NCBI GenBank assembly: GCA_000091205.1
Contig: AP006490.2
Direction: 5' to 3' (one strand)
DNA: 64,000 nucleotides
Origin: Cyanidioschyzon merolae
Taxonomy: Eukaryota
The notes below the pieces were generated by a model. It saw only the letters and a program-made list of their open reading frames with translations. It did not search any database and was not told the origin of the DNA. The translations under genes and the position numbers were made by a program. Within the stretch, counting starts at the first letter, position 1. Every line of letters starts with the position of its first letter. Shown here piece after piece: positions 45,656-55,788 of the stretch.

Positions 45656-48466
45656 TTAGATGCGAAAGATCAAGTTTGAGCGGTACATGATAAGGCCCAT
45701 TGCTTCCAGTGCCTGGAGGGCGCGCTCCACCTGTTCTCTTTCGATGGTTGGATCTGCGAGCTGTTCAACGAGCTGATCGAATGAGGTGGACTCGCTCCGC
45801 TCCGCTGATGTAATGGCTTCAATAGCTTGCTGGACGCGCTCGAGCAGAGCGTCATCGACGAGCGGTACGGTCATAGCGTCCGCCTGTTGGTTGGGCGGGG
45901 TCACTCGCTCCCCGGTCACGCGCAGGGCAGCTAAGTTTTCGGTAACTGGTCTTGTCTCCGGGCCGCTGGATATGCCGCCTGCCTGCGGCGACAAAGTCGA
46001 ATGTGCTGCAATGTCACTCGCCTGGGGCGTTACACTGCTGCCGAGCGCTGCACCTGATCGAACGCGTCGGCGAATGCGCTGCTGCGACGCTCTCGACGAA
46101 CGTGACGCTGCTTGCCGCCGTCCAGGGCTGTAGGATGGCTCGTCGCTCGCGGATGCATTGGATGCGGCCTCGGACTCATCGCCATCATCACCGTCGCCAT
46201 TATTGTCATCGTCGTCATCGAAAGCGAACGGATCCAAACGGCGACTCGCTGGCGCGGTTCGACGTCGCGTACCAGAGCGTTGCGGCAATGGCGCTGCAGC
46301 CGATGCCGACACCGGACTCGTATTCGCGTCAGGTGAGCGCACGGGGGCAGCTCTGGCGACGTCGTGTTCGCGGTCGATTTGAGTCTCATGGTAAAGGGCG
46401 AAATTCAGCAGATCAAAAGCAGCACGCGCATCAGTGATGTCCACTGTCAGGCTGAGACGCAACTTGGCGTGCGCAGTTGCGAGGCGAATCATTGTCTCCA
46501 GCTGCCGAGCGGTAATGGGTAGCGTGCGAGCGTCATCTTTGGCTCGCAAGTCACGGTATCGCGACGCAATGTACGCCGCTGCCTCTTCAGTAAGCTGCGG
46601 ACTCAGCTCACGTGCGTAGTGGATGTATTTCTGTAAGAACGGCACGGAGAGGATGCGATGCGCGGCAGCACCCTGGATAGCTTCGTTGGCCTGGTGCGAT
46701 ACGAACAATGGTGCCGTCATGGGATCATCGCTTGCCCTAGCAGCACCAGCGGCAGCAGCAGCATCCGATTCGAAGCCCTGATCGTCTGTTGACTCCACGG
46801 TGGTCGCTTCCGCTGGGGGCGCGTTATTTTCAGGCGTCGCTCGCTCGTCGAGTGGCGTGTCCACGTCTGCGCCGGCGTATCCCGCCAGTTCCGCGCGACC
46901 TGCCCTGTCGGGGTTCCGATACTGATGGACGCGCAGCACATGCCTTGCAATGAGCTCGTCTCTTTCGCGGGAGATAGTGTCAAGAACGATGAACACCAAA
47001 TCGAAACGCGAGAGCAACGAATCGGGCAGGGCAATGTTTTCTGCGGGTTTGCGGCGTCGATCATAGGATCCGTAGATCGGATTCGCCGCGGCAAGTACGG
47101 AACAGCGAGCATTCAAAGTAGTATGGATGCCGGCCTTGGCGATCGTTACCGTCTGCTGCTCCATAACTTCATGGATTGCAACTCGGTCCGCATCGCTCAT
47201 CTTGTCGAACTCGTCGATGCAGACGACACCCCGATCAGCGAGTACCATTGCGCCGGCCTCGAGATGGCGCTCCCCCGTGTCTGGGTCTGTGGTGACGGCA
47301 GCGGTGAGACCGACCCCCGAGGAGCCCCGGCCGGTAGTGGATATGGCGGACGGGGCCACGTGAAGTACGAAGCGCAGCATTTGTGACTTGGCTGTGGACG
47401 GGTCTCCCACGAGCAGGATATTGATGTCGCCACGGAGGTGGGTGCCATTGCTGAGGTTCTTTTCAGCGCCCCCTACGAGCTGCAGTAGTACCGCTTTCTT
47501 AATGAAATAGTGGCCACAAATGGATGGAGCAATCGATGCAGTCAGCAACTCGATACCACCCGGCGTGGAGGCTACCTCACGAATGTTCGCAAGGTCGCGT
47601 TCAGAAAACTTGAGGCGATGCTGTGTGTCGCTCAACGGAATACAATGATTGGCCACGATCTTGGTCGCAAAGTACGTCGTCGTCTTGCCTCCCAGAGCGC
47701 GATATGTGCCGATAATACGGACGCGCATGCCGGGTTTGCAAACATCGACCAAATCTGCTTCAAAAACAATGTCAACGGTGCGCGGCAACTGGCCCGGTGG
47801 TGTACGTTCGGGCATCTCTTGCAGGGTCGCCGTCTGAAAGTCGCGGTATGCCGATAACCCGAATTCCGTTTCCATGGGGTTGCCGTCTTCGTCACGGGTG
47901 GGATAGATGGCTGCCCCGAGCCCTCGGTTCTGGGCGACATCCAGCGAGATACCATCGCGGTAGACGCGGTGAACTATTTCGTTCTTCGCGGGGATGAAGT
48001 GCACAGACTCTACGACTTTGGGTCGAACAGCAGACACGCGAGTAATTATACCGTCAACGCATACCATCGAGTTCAGCATCGAGGCACGCAGTGAGCGCGG
48101 CGTCGCGTGCAGCGCCCCGAAAGCACCCTCGAACCCAACATGGAGGCGCTGACGTTCCCGCCCAGCAGCACCAGCAGCCGCGAGTGCTGTATTCCACTGC
48201 GCGATATAGTCTGTAAGGACTTCCTCAAATATTGGTAGAAATCGTAGCGGATTTTCAAACAGAAGCTTTGCTATTGTGGGTTCCTCGCGACGTAGGAGGT
48301 CCAGTGAGACGATAAGGCGTCGCTGACGTCCCCGTCGCAGCGCCTCAAGTTGTTGCTGTAGAGGTTCCCACACAGGAGCCTCTGACTCGAACAAGTCCCT
48401 GATCTTGGAACGAAAGTCTTGATCCTGATCAGGGGCAGTAAACAGTGATTGAAAAGCCGTCTCCAT
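45656..48466 (-). CDS. MCM3: DNA replication licensing factor MCM3, about 936 aa
   Basis: Collinear with human MCM3: RLIVSLDLLRREE vs RLIVNVNDLRRKN; VCVDGIITRVSAVRPKVVESVHF vs [23 protein letters not shown]; Walker A GDPSTAKSQ; arginine finger SRFDL; IDEFDKMSDADR; acidic C-terminal tail. Track start 48640 is GTG; the ATG at 48466 (ccATGg, METAFQSLF...) aligns with the MCM3 N-terminus. Upstream in-frame ATGs at 48619, 48601, 48547 cannot be excluded. Confidence 0.85.
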   Translation of the reverse strand: METAFQSLFTAPDQDQDFRSKIRDLFESEAPVWEPLQQQLEALRRGRQRRLIVSLDLLRREEPTIAKLLFENPLRFLPIFEEVLTDYIAQWNTALAAAGAAGRERQRLHVGFEGAFGALHATPRSLRASMLNSMVCVDGIITRVSAVRPKVVESVHFIPAKNEIVHRVYRDGISLDVAQNRGLGAAIYPTRDEDGNPMETEFGLSAYRDFQTATLQEMPERTPPGQLPRTVDIVFEADLVDVCKPGMRVRIIGTYRALGGKTTTYFATKIVANHCIPLSDTQHRLKFSERDLANIREVASTPGGIELLTASIAPSICGHYFIKKAVLLQLVGGAEKNLSNGTHLRGDINILLVGDPSTAKSQMLRFVLHVAPSAISTTGRGSSGVGLTAAVTTDPDTGERHLEAGAMVLADRGVVCIDEFDKMSDADRVAIHEVMEQQTVTIAKAGIHTTLNARCSVLAAANPIYGSYDRRRKPAENIALPDSLLSRFDLVFIVLDTISRERDELIARHVLRVHQYRNPDRAGRAELAGYAGADVDTPLDERATPENNAPPAEATTVESTDDQGFESDAAAAAGAARASDDPMTAPLFVSHQANEAIQGAAAHRILSVPFLQKYIHYARELSPQLTEEAAAYIASRYRDLRAKDDARTLPITARQLETMIRLATAHAKLRLSLTVDITDARAAFDLLNFALYHETQIDREHDVARAAPVRSPDANTSPVSASAAAPLPQRSGTRRRTAPASRRLDPFAFDDDDDNNGDGDDGDESEAASNASASDEPSYSPGRRQAASRSSRASQQRIRRRVRSGAALGSSVTPQASDIAAHSTLSPQAGGISSGPETRPVTENLAALRVTGERVTPPNQQADAMTVPLVDDALLERVQQAIEAITSAERSESTSFDQLVEQLADPTIEREQVERALQALEAMGLIMYRSNLIFRI

Positions 48467-48563
48467 GGTACCTAAACGCGAAGCAGCAGCGAAAAGCGCA
48501 CGCTGTTGTTCAGTGGGTCGATGCGCACGCAGCCTGCGTGCACGCATGGGTGCATCGCAGCGA

Positions 48564-48612
48564 TTTCCCGCGCTCGCGCGTCCACGGGTACCTGCTTGCA
48601 TTCCGCGCGAAA
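48564..48612. promoter_or_regulatory. two E2F-type motifs (TTTCCCGCGC and GCGCGAAA) 98-146 bp upstream of the MCM3 ATG
   Basis: gatttcccgcgc at 48563-48573 and ccgcgcgaaaat at 48603-48614, read directly. Both match TTTSSCGC on one strand or the other. They fall in the Arg-rich non-ATG N-terminal extension of the track ORF, supporting 48466 as the true start. Confidence 0.4.
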
Positions 48613-49069
48613 ATCGCATCGTGCCTTTCGATTTTGCCACAGGTGCGATTTCCCTTCGTTCGACAGAGCGTTGACACTGGATCAGGCCTCTCCGATAGCG
48701 TGCTTGCTATCAGCGATCAAGCGCGAATGGAGCGATGCGCTGCCTGTTCGGGCGCTGACGAGTCATGCGCTTGTCGCGGGCGTCTCCAAGCTTCGTTCAC
48801 GGATCCGTCACAGATGGTGTCTTAGGGCAGCGCGTAGCTGCCTCTAGAACGCTGTCCTCGACGTGTGCACTCCTGGAATGTGCGTATAACCACAACTCGA
48901 GCAGCGCGACGGGCGCATCCTGCTTGGATCTTGTTTAGACCCGCAGGGTCAGGCATCCGCACGGAACGATCGAGCATCCTGCAGATACGTTCCATCGATG
49001 CCATGCGCAGCTGCACACGACTTCTCTTCATTGACAAAACGTTTCCATAGGCCAGCGTTCTCCGATTAT

Positions 49070-49207
49070 GCGCATTTTTCTTTTCTTTCTCTTTTGTTTT
49101 TTTTTTCAGTGCGAGGTGGAGTATCCATCAAACCCCCGATTTCCATGTTACATTACCTATATATCATCTCGGATATTTTGGTCGTTTCGTACGTCCTATG
49201 GTGTGCC
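49070..49207 (+). repeat. dispersed about 138-bp element, copy A (inverted relative to copy B at 21649-21784)
   Basis: gcgcatttttcttttctttctcttttgttttttttttcagtgcgaggtggagtatccatcaaaccccc...ttacattacctatatatcatctcggatattttggtcgtttcgtacgtcctatggtgtgcc. The shared artefactual peptides in the ORF track (21442-21804 minus vs 48998-49366 plus: ...HYLYFFSDILVVSYVL vs ...HYLYIISDILVVSYVL) reflect the DNA identity. Confidence 0.8.
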
Positions 49208-50044
49208 GCACCCGCCGAAAGCGACAACAATGGCGCCTATAGCGCCGGTGCGGTCGCCGTATGGAGACAGAACGGCGTTAGCAGCACACGATGCGGGCGT
49301 GCAGGCGATGCGCTCGCGGTGACATGCACGATCATCGGGACGCCTTTACACACCGGTGTGCTTTGATTTGCTCTCCTCCAGTCGTGCACATCTGTGTACA
49401 TAGAGCGGCTGCTGCCTCGGGAAAAACGCCCATATAGGGTCTAACATGAGCGTTTGTGGTGTGGGATGCGAGCGTTCGCTCGGGGAGCGCGTGCGTCGCG
49501 TCACCCGATGTGGTAGATGCATACGCTGCGAGCACGACACCTGAACAACTCTGCCAGCGGTGCGCTTTACGCATCACAAAGTCACTTTAACCATTGCGGT
49601 CTCAGTGAATGGGCCCTAAAAGCATAACAGAGTCTTGGTTGGTGCGTCGGAAGCACGCTTTCCAGGTATTGTCACATGCGTAAAGATCAAAGAATGGGGC
49701 ACTGAACCGCTCACCCTCTTCCTGTCTCTCTCCTTTCTTCGGACTTTTCGTAGATGTACCTACTCGACATGACAAGTGTATCAGCAAGGACTTTTGGATG
49801 CATACGTTCTGTTCCGAGCTTCGGTCGTCGATTTGGATCGTCCGCTGCCACGTACGGCTCCTGGAGTTTGTCACATTATCGGGATCGAGATGATACGCGA
49901 CGCCGTCGTACAACGGTTCGTAAAATAACCGATATCATTACATAATGCAGACGTACAAGGCTTCGTGCTTCTCCTTTCGTTACGTGATGCACGCTCAAAT
50001 CATGTACGCATCAAGCTTTCGATCTTTCTCTTTGAAGGCACGCT

Positions 50045-50977
50045 GTGGGGACACAACTTCTCGCTGGTGGATTGACGAGTGGAAAGACTCAACGTGTTTC
50101 CGTGGCGACTTGTTCAGAAGCTCGTGCCGCACTTTTACTCGAACTGTCAAGCCAGATCATCGATTCCGTTCGAAAGACGAGTCCTCCACTCTGTGTGGCC
50201 ATCCGCCACACTGGACTCGACACTAGCATCATACCCCCAGGGGAAAGATTCACATATGCCCTCACCTTCTCTTTTTGGATAGAAGACCGTGTTGCGTTCG
50301 AGATTCATTCACCGCAGCGATCGCTTTCATCGGAAAGGTCGTCATCGGTTTGCACGAGTGAAACAGATATACACTGGAATTTCTCGACTTGTTCTGCAGC
50401 GAAGTCCTTGGGCGGAGAAATCTGCATGGTATCCCTGAGCCATGGCACCGCTCACCACCACCGGCACCTCAAGGCTTCGATGACGCGCAGGCGAATGTGC
50501 CACGACTCGGCCAACATCCTGGAAGGCCGGAAAGAGTTCTTCATGGGCGGCGCTTCGTCGAAGCCTATGGGCTTGGATGATAGCCTTATGGCAATTAGGC
50601 TCCATCAAATACTACGCAAAGTTCCAGATGCAGATATGAGAATGGAGCTGCTTCCGCTTCTACGTTCCCCGCTTACGAAAGCGAGGACCCTGTCGCATCT
50701 GGAATGCTGTTCCAGAGCCCCGAACGGAAGCGTGTTTCCCCATTTCCTAATGCTCTTTTCGGTCGCTCGTAACAGCACGTCTTTATGGGGATGTTCTCGC
50801 TTCCTTATGGAGCTGGACGCCCGCGCACAAGCGCCGCAGCTGCGTCCCATGGAGAATCAGGGCATCGACGAACCAGAAAGGCTGATCACAGTTATGGACT
50901 TCACGAAGTGGTCGATGCATCTTTCGCCAGAACATGCAAAATTACTCATGAACCATAGGTTGAACAAAAAAGGATAA
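50045..50977 (+). CDS. hypothetical protein; start uncertain (ATG candidates 50426 and 50543)
   Basis: A 310-codon open frame whose track start (50045) is GTG. In-frame ATGs at 50426 (MVSLSHG) and 50543 (MGGASSKPMG, N-myristoylation-like). No domain recognised. Confidence 0.3.
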   Translation: MGTQLLAGGLTSGKTQRVSVATCSEARAALLLELSSQIIDSVRKTSPPLCVAIRHTGLDTSIIPPGERFTYALTFSFWIEDRVAFEIHSPQRSLSSERSSSVCTSETDIHWNFSTCSAAKSLGGEICMVSLSHGTAHHHRHLKASMTRRRMCHDSANILEGRKEFFMGGASSKPMGLDDSLMAIRLHQILRKVPDADMRMELLPLLRSPLTKARTLSHLECCSRAPNGSVFPHFLMLFSVARNSTSLWGCSRFLMELDARAQAPQLRPMENQGIDEPERLITVMDFTKWSMHLSPEHAKLLMNHRLNKKG

Positions 50978-51407
50978 AGCGGTCCAAGGAAGATGCCGAG
51001 CTGAAGAAAACATGCAGGAAAGTGTGGCTCTCTTGACGACGAGGATACGCATTGCTCTCCCAGAGAACGAGACACCAGAGGTAGAGGAAACGGAATCAAA
51101 CTGAGCAAAAGGCCGCAAAAGCTGTTGTTCATAACAGCGGCAAGGAACCCAAACGTTACACTGCACGATCAAGTTAGAGGATCCGTCCCATGTACCTGTA
51201 ACCAGTGTCCAGAATATACATCTACGATATCCACGCGTACTGACAAGAACGCAGTGCATACCGGGCCCCGGTTCCGATCAAGCCAAGTGGCCAGCGCTTC
51301 CCCCGGCATCGCGTTCATCATCGACCGGAATCTTTCGTTTTCTTCGCCAAGGTTCAGCGCTGGGCTTCGTCTCTCTTTCGAGAACGTCGACACTGGTCTG
51401 CCGAGTC

Positions 51408-52160
51408 ATGGAAGCACAAGTCAGACTCTTACAGCTGAAAGAGCAGCGCTTGCGTCTGTATCGAGTTTTCGCGACGGAGCCTTATGCAGAGAGCGTTCGA
51501 AAACGCTCGGCTGCCCGTGTGTGGCAAGATCCCGGTTTGCAACTTCGGCTCGCTCGGAGCGTCGCCCAAGGGTGGCTCGCCGCTCCAGACTGCAGTTGTG
51601 AGCGTTGTATGGCTATTTTTGAAAACGAACAAGATGCAAAGCAGCGACTTGCCCGTCAAGGTAGCACGGCCCTGGACAGACTAGACGTCCGACGCGTACG
51701 CAAGGCACTTGTTCACGAGCTCGCCTATTGCCCGTTGCTTGCGAACTCGTGGCGTCGTGAAGGAGCGCCTACCTGGAGCCTCGAGCAGCGCGAAACGCTT
51801 TGTCGAGGACCTGACAAGCGCGCGCGCGAGTCCGCCAGTACGAGGCGGAACGAGAGCACGAGCGCGGGGGACACGAGATCACCCAGTTTGTCTGGAAGCG
51901 AAAGCACGACGTCGATGGCCGTGGATGCAGAGATCGAGGACGGAGGCCAAGAGCAATTTCCTGGGAGAGAACCTCCATGGGCAGTGCAGCTCATGGAGCT
52001 CCAGCAGGTATGGGAGGTGGCGACGACGCCGGTGCCGCTGCACGAAGCTTTCGCCGCGGCTACTCCATCCCGCGACACCCTCCACGTGCCTGATTCCGAT
52101 GCCGATGACTCTGAGGATCACCAAAATCCTGTCAACCAGGATGAATCTCCGAGCCGATAG
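51408..52160 (+). CDS. hypothetical protein, 250 aa, Ser/Glu-rich acidic C-terminus
   Basis: Genuine ATG at 51408. Uninterrupted ORF with protein-like N-terminal half (coiled-coil-like) and an acidic low-complexity tail. No family recognised. Confidence 0.35.
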   Translation: MEAQVRLLQLKEQRLRLYRVFATEPYAESVRKRSAARVWQDPGLQLRLARSVAQGWLAAPDCSCERCMAIFENEQDAKQRLARQGSTALDRLDVRRVRKALVHELAYCPLLANSWRREGAPTWSLEQRETLCRGPDKRARESASTRRNESTSAGDTRSPSLSGSESTTSMAVDAEIEDGGQEQFPGREPPWAVQLMELQQVWEVATTPVPLHEAFAAATPSRDTLHVPDSDADDSEDHQNPVNQDESPSR

Positions 52161-52721
52161 CCCTCACGCGGGCGCGTAATCGCGAAAGACACAACGTCGG
52201 CGACTAGATAAAGATGTGCACGACGATGTTCTGCGTACAGTGTTGCTCAGGTGACGTTCTGCGTTGCACGAGCACCACCTCGAAAGCGGCAGCTTCCATT
52301 CGCGAGAATATCGATGAAGCCGATGCGGGATGCATTTCTGCGGCTCCCTCTGACGAGTCCCAGGATCTGTTGGACTCTTTGCACAGCCCGTAACTCATTG
52401 CGTAAAACATCCTTGAGTGCCGAAGACGTTCTTCACGATGTGTTTGCGCTCCTCGCACAAGGACGCTACAACTGGTTCCTCTCTGCCAGATGATCTGCAT
52501 GAGGCATGCCGAGCGATGTTCATAGCGTCTGTGTCAGACTGCTCAGATCCAGACCGGGCGTTTCTTGCCATCGCTGCATCCTTCTCGTTGACGAATGGGA
52601 TACGTTATCTGAGCAGCGCGATCTTCCATGGTAATCGGGACACCTCCGTGAACGGTGCTTTCTCTGCAAGCGTTGATTACGGTCAAACTTTATTTTTATG
52701 CATAACGAATCTGTTGCTCAC

Positions 52722-52973
52722 CTAGTCTGGAGAAAAATTATCTATGGGATCCGCGTACGCATTCCAGCAGGCAGCATCTGGGGTCCCCGCTCCCGAAGCA
52801 GGCACCAGTTCGGTCACAAAACTTGGTATAGCGGCGTCGTGCTTTCTGACGGCTTCGCGCCTCTCAGAAACCTGTCCCGACGATGCCTTCGCCCAAGCGG
52901 TTTCCGCAGCGCGTCCATGCCGAAGAAGCGCTCCAGCGTTCTCAGCGTTCATGTCGCTGGTTGGGGTCCTGAT

Positions 52974-53007
<34 letters not shown>

Positions 53008-54914
53008 CGAGCATCCCAGCTATGGCCCAAGCGATCGCAGCTGCCACTGCCACTGCTGGTGTTGTTGCTGTTGTTCCGGAATAGCTGCTGGTGCCCTGTT
53101 GCCGATGACGTACCATGCTCGAGGCACACAAGCCGTCTTTGACGATTCAGATTGAACCTGTTGCGATTCCTGTCATCACTGGACAAGGATACGCTTTCAT
53201 GAAGATCCGGCAATCGGGCTCCCGCGCCGAGCTCACCATCAGCATCAGAATCAGAGTCGCTGCACAGGCTGGATGCATTCGTCTCAGACCAGCTGGTATC
53301 GGATTCGAAAGAAGCGCTGTCGAAGGTACTCGAGCAAGCGCCTTCTGCGCTCGAGTCTGTCATCTGTGCAAATGCGGCATCAAACAGCTCATCTTCGTTG
53401 TATGTAGGACGCTGTCGCCTTCCTGTCCGGGCGCTACGATGCGGCATCTCTGTCGCCGACGTCGTTATCGCTGCCTCCTGGTCCAAGCACGACTCCCGGG
53501 CAGCCTGTTTCGAGATGCGCACTTCTCGTCGCACCGCAGCCAAATAGCCATGCTCGAGCTCAGCAATGACCGAATCCTGGATGCAACTCCACAACCGGCG
53601 ATTGCGAGAGGACATGGCATCGCCACCGAGCTCCTGGAAGAGACGCTCCATGGCCTGCACTCTGTCTGCATAATCCCGAACAACGACCTCTATCTGAGGA
53701 GGTACGCTGCATTGTGCTGCGGCGCCGCCGTCCAGACGCTCCCCGGTCAGAGAAGCGCTACCATTCGAATGTGCCTCAGAGACACCGCCGCCATAACGGA
53801 GGCGATATATTCGGAAGCAGCCGCACGCCGCAGCCGCTCTCAGGCCTCCGGGAACCCAGTAGCGCCAACCGTAATCGTCTTCACCAAAAGCATCAATCCG
53901 AGTGGCACCATCCCCACGTCGATACACCTGGTCACAGGAAGGCGCTTTCACTGACTTGGAATCGTCCATCGCTGCTTCCCAATCGCTCACAGAGGGTTTT
54001 CTGGTGGAATCGAACCCAGTTCGTAATGCTTTCGCTTTCGAGATGCAGCCATCCGTTCGTGAGCGGCCTGCCGCTGCGGTAGTTGATCGACGAGTGTGAA
54101 ACGGCGCTTGTCGCTGCTCCTGTTGTTTTCGGGCTCGTCGATGTCGCCTTGTGGGCTGTCCAAGGCGCTGGCTGCATTCCTGCTCCTGTTTCGCCATTTC
54201 CCAGATCACGCGGCGCAGACTCTCGTTCGTTTCCGAGACAACCTCACATAGCGCTAAGAGAATGACCACACGCATCCGCGGGTGGAGCATTTCATACCGA
54301 CATCGATCGAGGATGGACGCTCCGTCCTGATCATAAAGGCTGCAACCCGGGTCGCTGCCAGCAGCTGGCCCGCTCAGGTCGTAGAGTTCAGGCCGCGTAC
54401 GTAGTTCCGCTGCGAGCAATTCTATCCACCCGTCTTTCCCGTAGGCATGTATTGCGTCGACCTTGCGCACATGCAGGCAGTTGAGCAACCCGGCATGTAC
54501 GCGCGAGAGCAGTAGCTCTTGGCTTGTTCCTTCCTGGTGCGAGGTCGCAGTCGACGACTGAGCAGTTGTGCTTGCGTGAGCGTCATCAGCTGGGGGTCGT
54601 TCGCGCAAGCCGTGAACGATGTCCGCTTCCAAGCGCCCCGGATCGATCTGGGGCACAAGCGCATCTGTGGGCTTTTTCGGTCGTCCTGCTCGAAAGTACG
54701 TCCGGATTTCCTCATTGATGAAGCCTTGAAGAGCAACGAGAAACTGCAGCACGCTCACGAACTCCGGCATACAGCGTACCTGCGCCACAGCCTTTTCCTT
54801 ATCCTCGTGATCGGCGAGAATTCTATTATCCGAGGTGTAGTCATATACGACACCGTTCACACAGTCCACAGAGGAACACGCGACAGCTTCTGGTGCAGCA
54901 CAGTGCCCGTTCAT
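52722..54914 (-). CDS. hypothetical protein, about 730 aa, with a poly-Asp tract
   Basis: Track start 54965 is GTG; first ATG at 54914 (MNGHCAAPEAV...). Conserved-looking helical N-terminal region (VSVLQFLVALQGFINEEIRTYF...LLNCLHVRKVDAIHAY...RVVILLALCEVVSETNESLRRVIW). (ATC)n at 52974-53007 encodes DDDDDDDDDDDD. No confident family. Confidence 0.5.
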
Positions 54915-55449
54915 GAGATCGCACCGGCCGTCTGTGGCTGTGGAGCCGGTACCGCACCACCACACTGCAGTCGGTTCAACGTCCAGCTCTTTCGGAAAGC
55001 TAGGCCCCGCTAAAGCAAGCCTGAAGCGTCACCGGAGGCACTGCGTCCTTGCGCACACCCTCTACCTCTGTTTTCAAGCTGCCTGTGCAGGCACAACTCG
55101 GAACGAGTCTCCGTTCGCGCCAAAGCGTCCTCCTGTAGCCACCTGCAATGATTGTGAGGCGCGCGTGTGTGCCAACCGGAGCGCTGGGCAGAAGCATATG
55201 CGCTCGACGTCACTGGCGCTATCCTCGATGATGCATTGCCTGGTTCAGTAGCCGTCCTAGTCTGATGCTGTCGCAGTCCCAACTGGACCAATTGAGCACC
55301 ATGCAAGGCGGGGAGGCTGGTCCGTTTGCCAGCGTAACTCGGCGCTGGTCGTTGGCACTCGTTTATCTGGACGCCTAGCTGGCAGGCACGGGTAGGGTAC
55401 TCGAGTGCCGAGTATCCATGCGATGCATTTCCACGGGGCAGTGCAACTC

Positions 55450-55788
55450 GCATATATATGTTTGGCAATGCCGAATGACAGAATCTGATTATTGTATACG
55501 AGGTGTGCATGAGCATCGTTTTCATATTTGGCAATGCCGAATGACAGAATCTGATTATTGTTCACGAGGTGTCCATGAGCATCGTTTTCATATTTGGCAA
55601 TGCCGAATGACAGAATCTGATTATTGTTCACCAGGTGTGCATGAGCATCGTTTTCATATTTGGCAATGCCGAATGACAGAATCTGATTATTGTTCACGAG
55701 GTGTGCATGAGCATCGTTTTCATATTTGGCAATGCCGAATGACAGAATCTGATTATTGTTCACCAGTTATCCTTGAGAATCGTTTTCG
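55450..55788. repeat. tandem minisatellite, 66-bp unit x ~5
   Basis: ggcaatgcc recurs at 55464, 55530, 55596, 55662 and 55728, an exact 66-bp period. ORFs 55257-55763 and 55418-55798 with reiterated peptides are artefacts. Confidence 0.9.
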
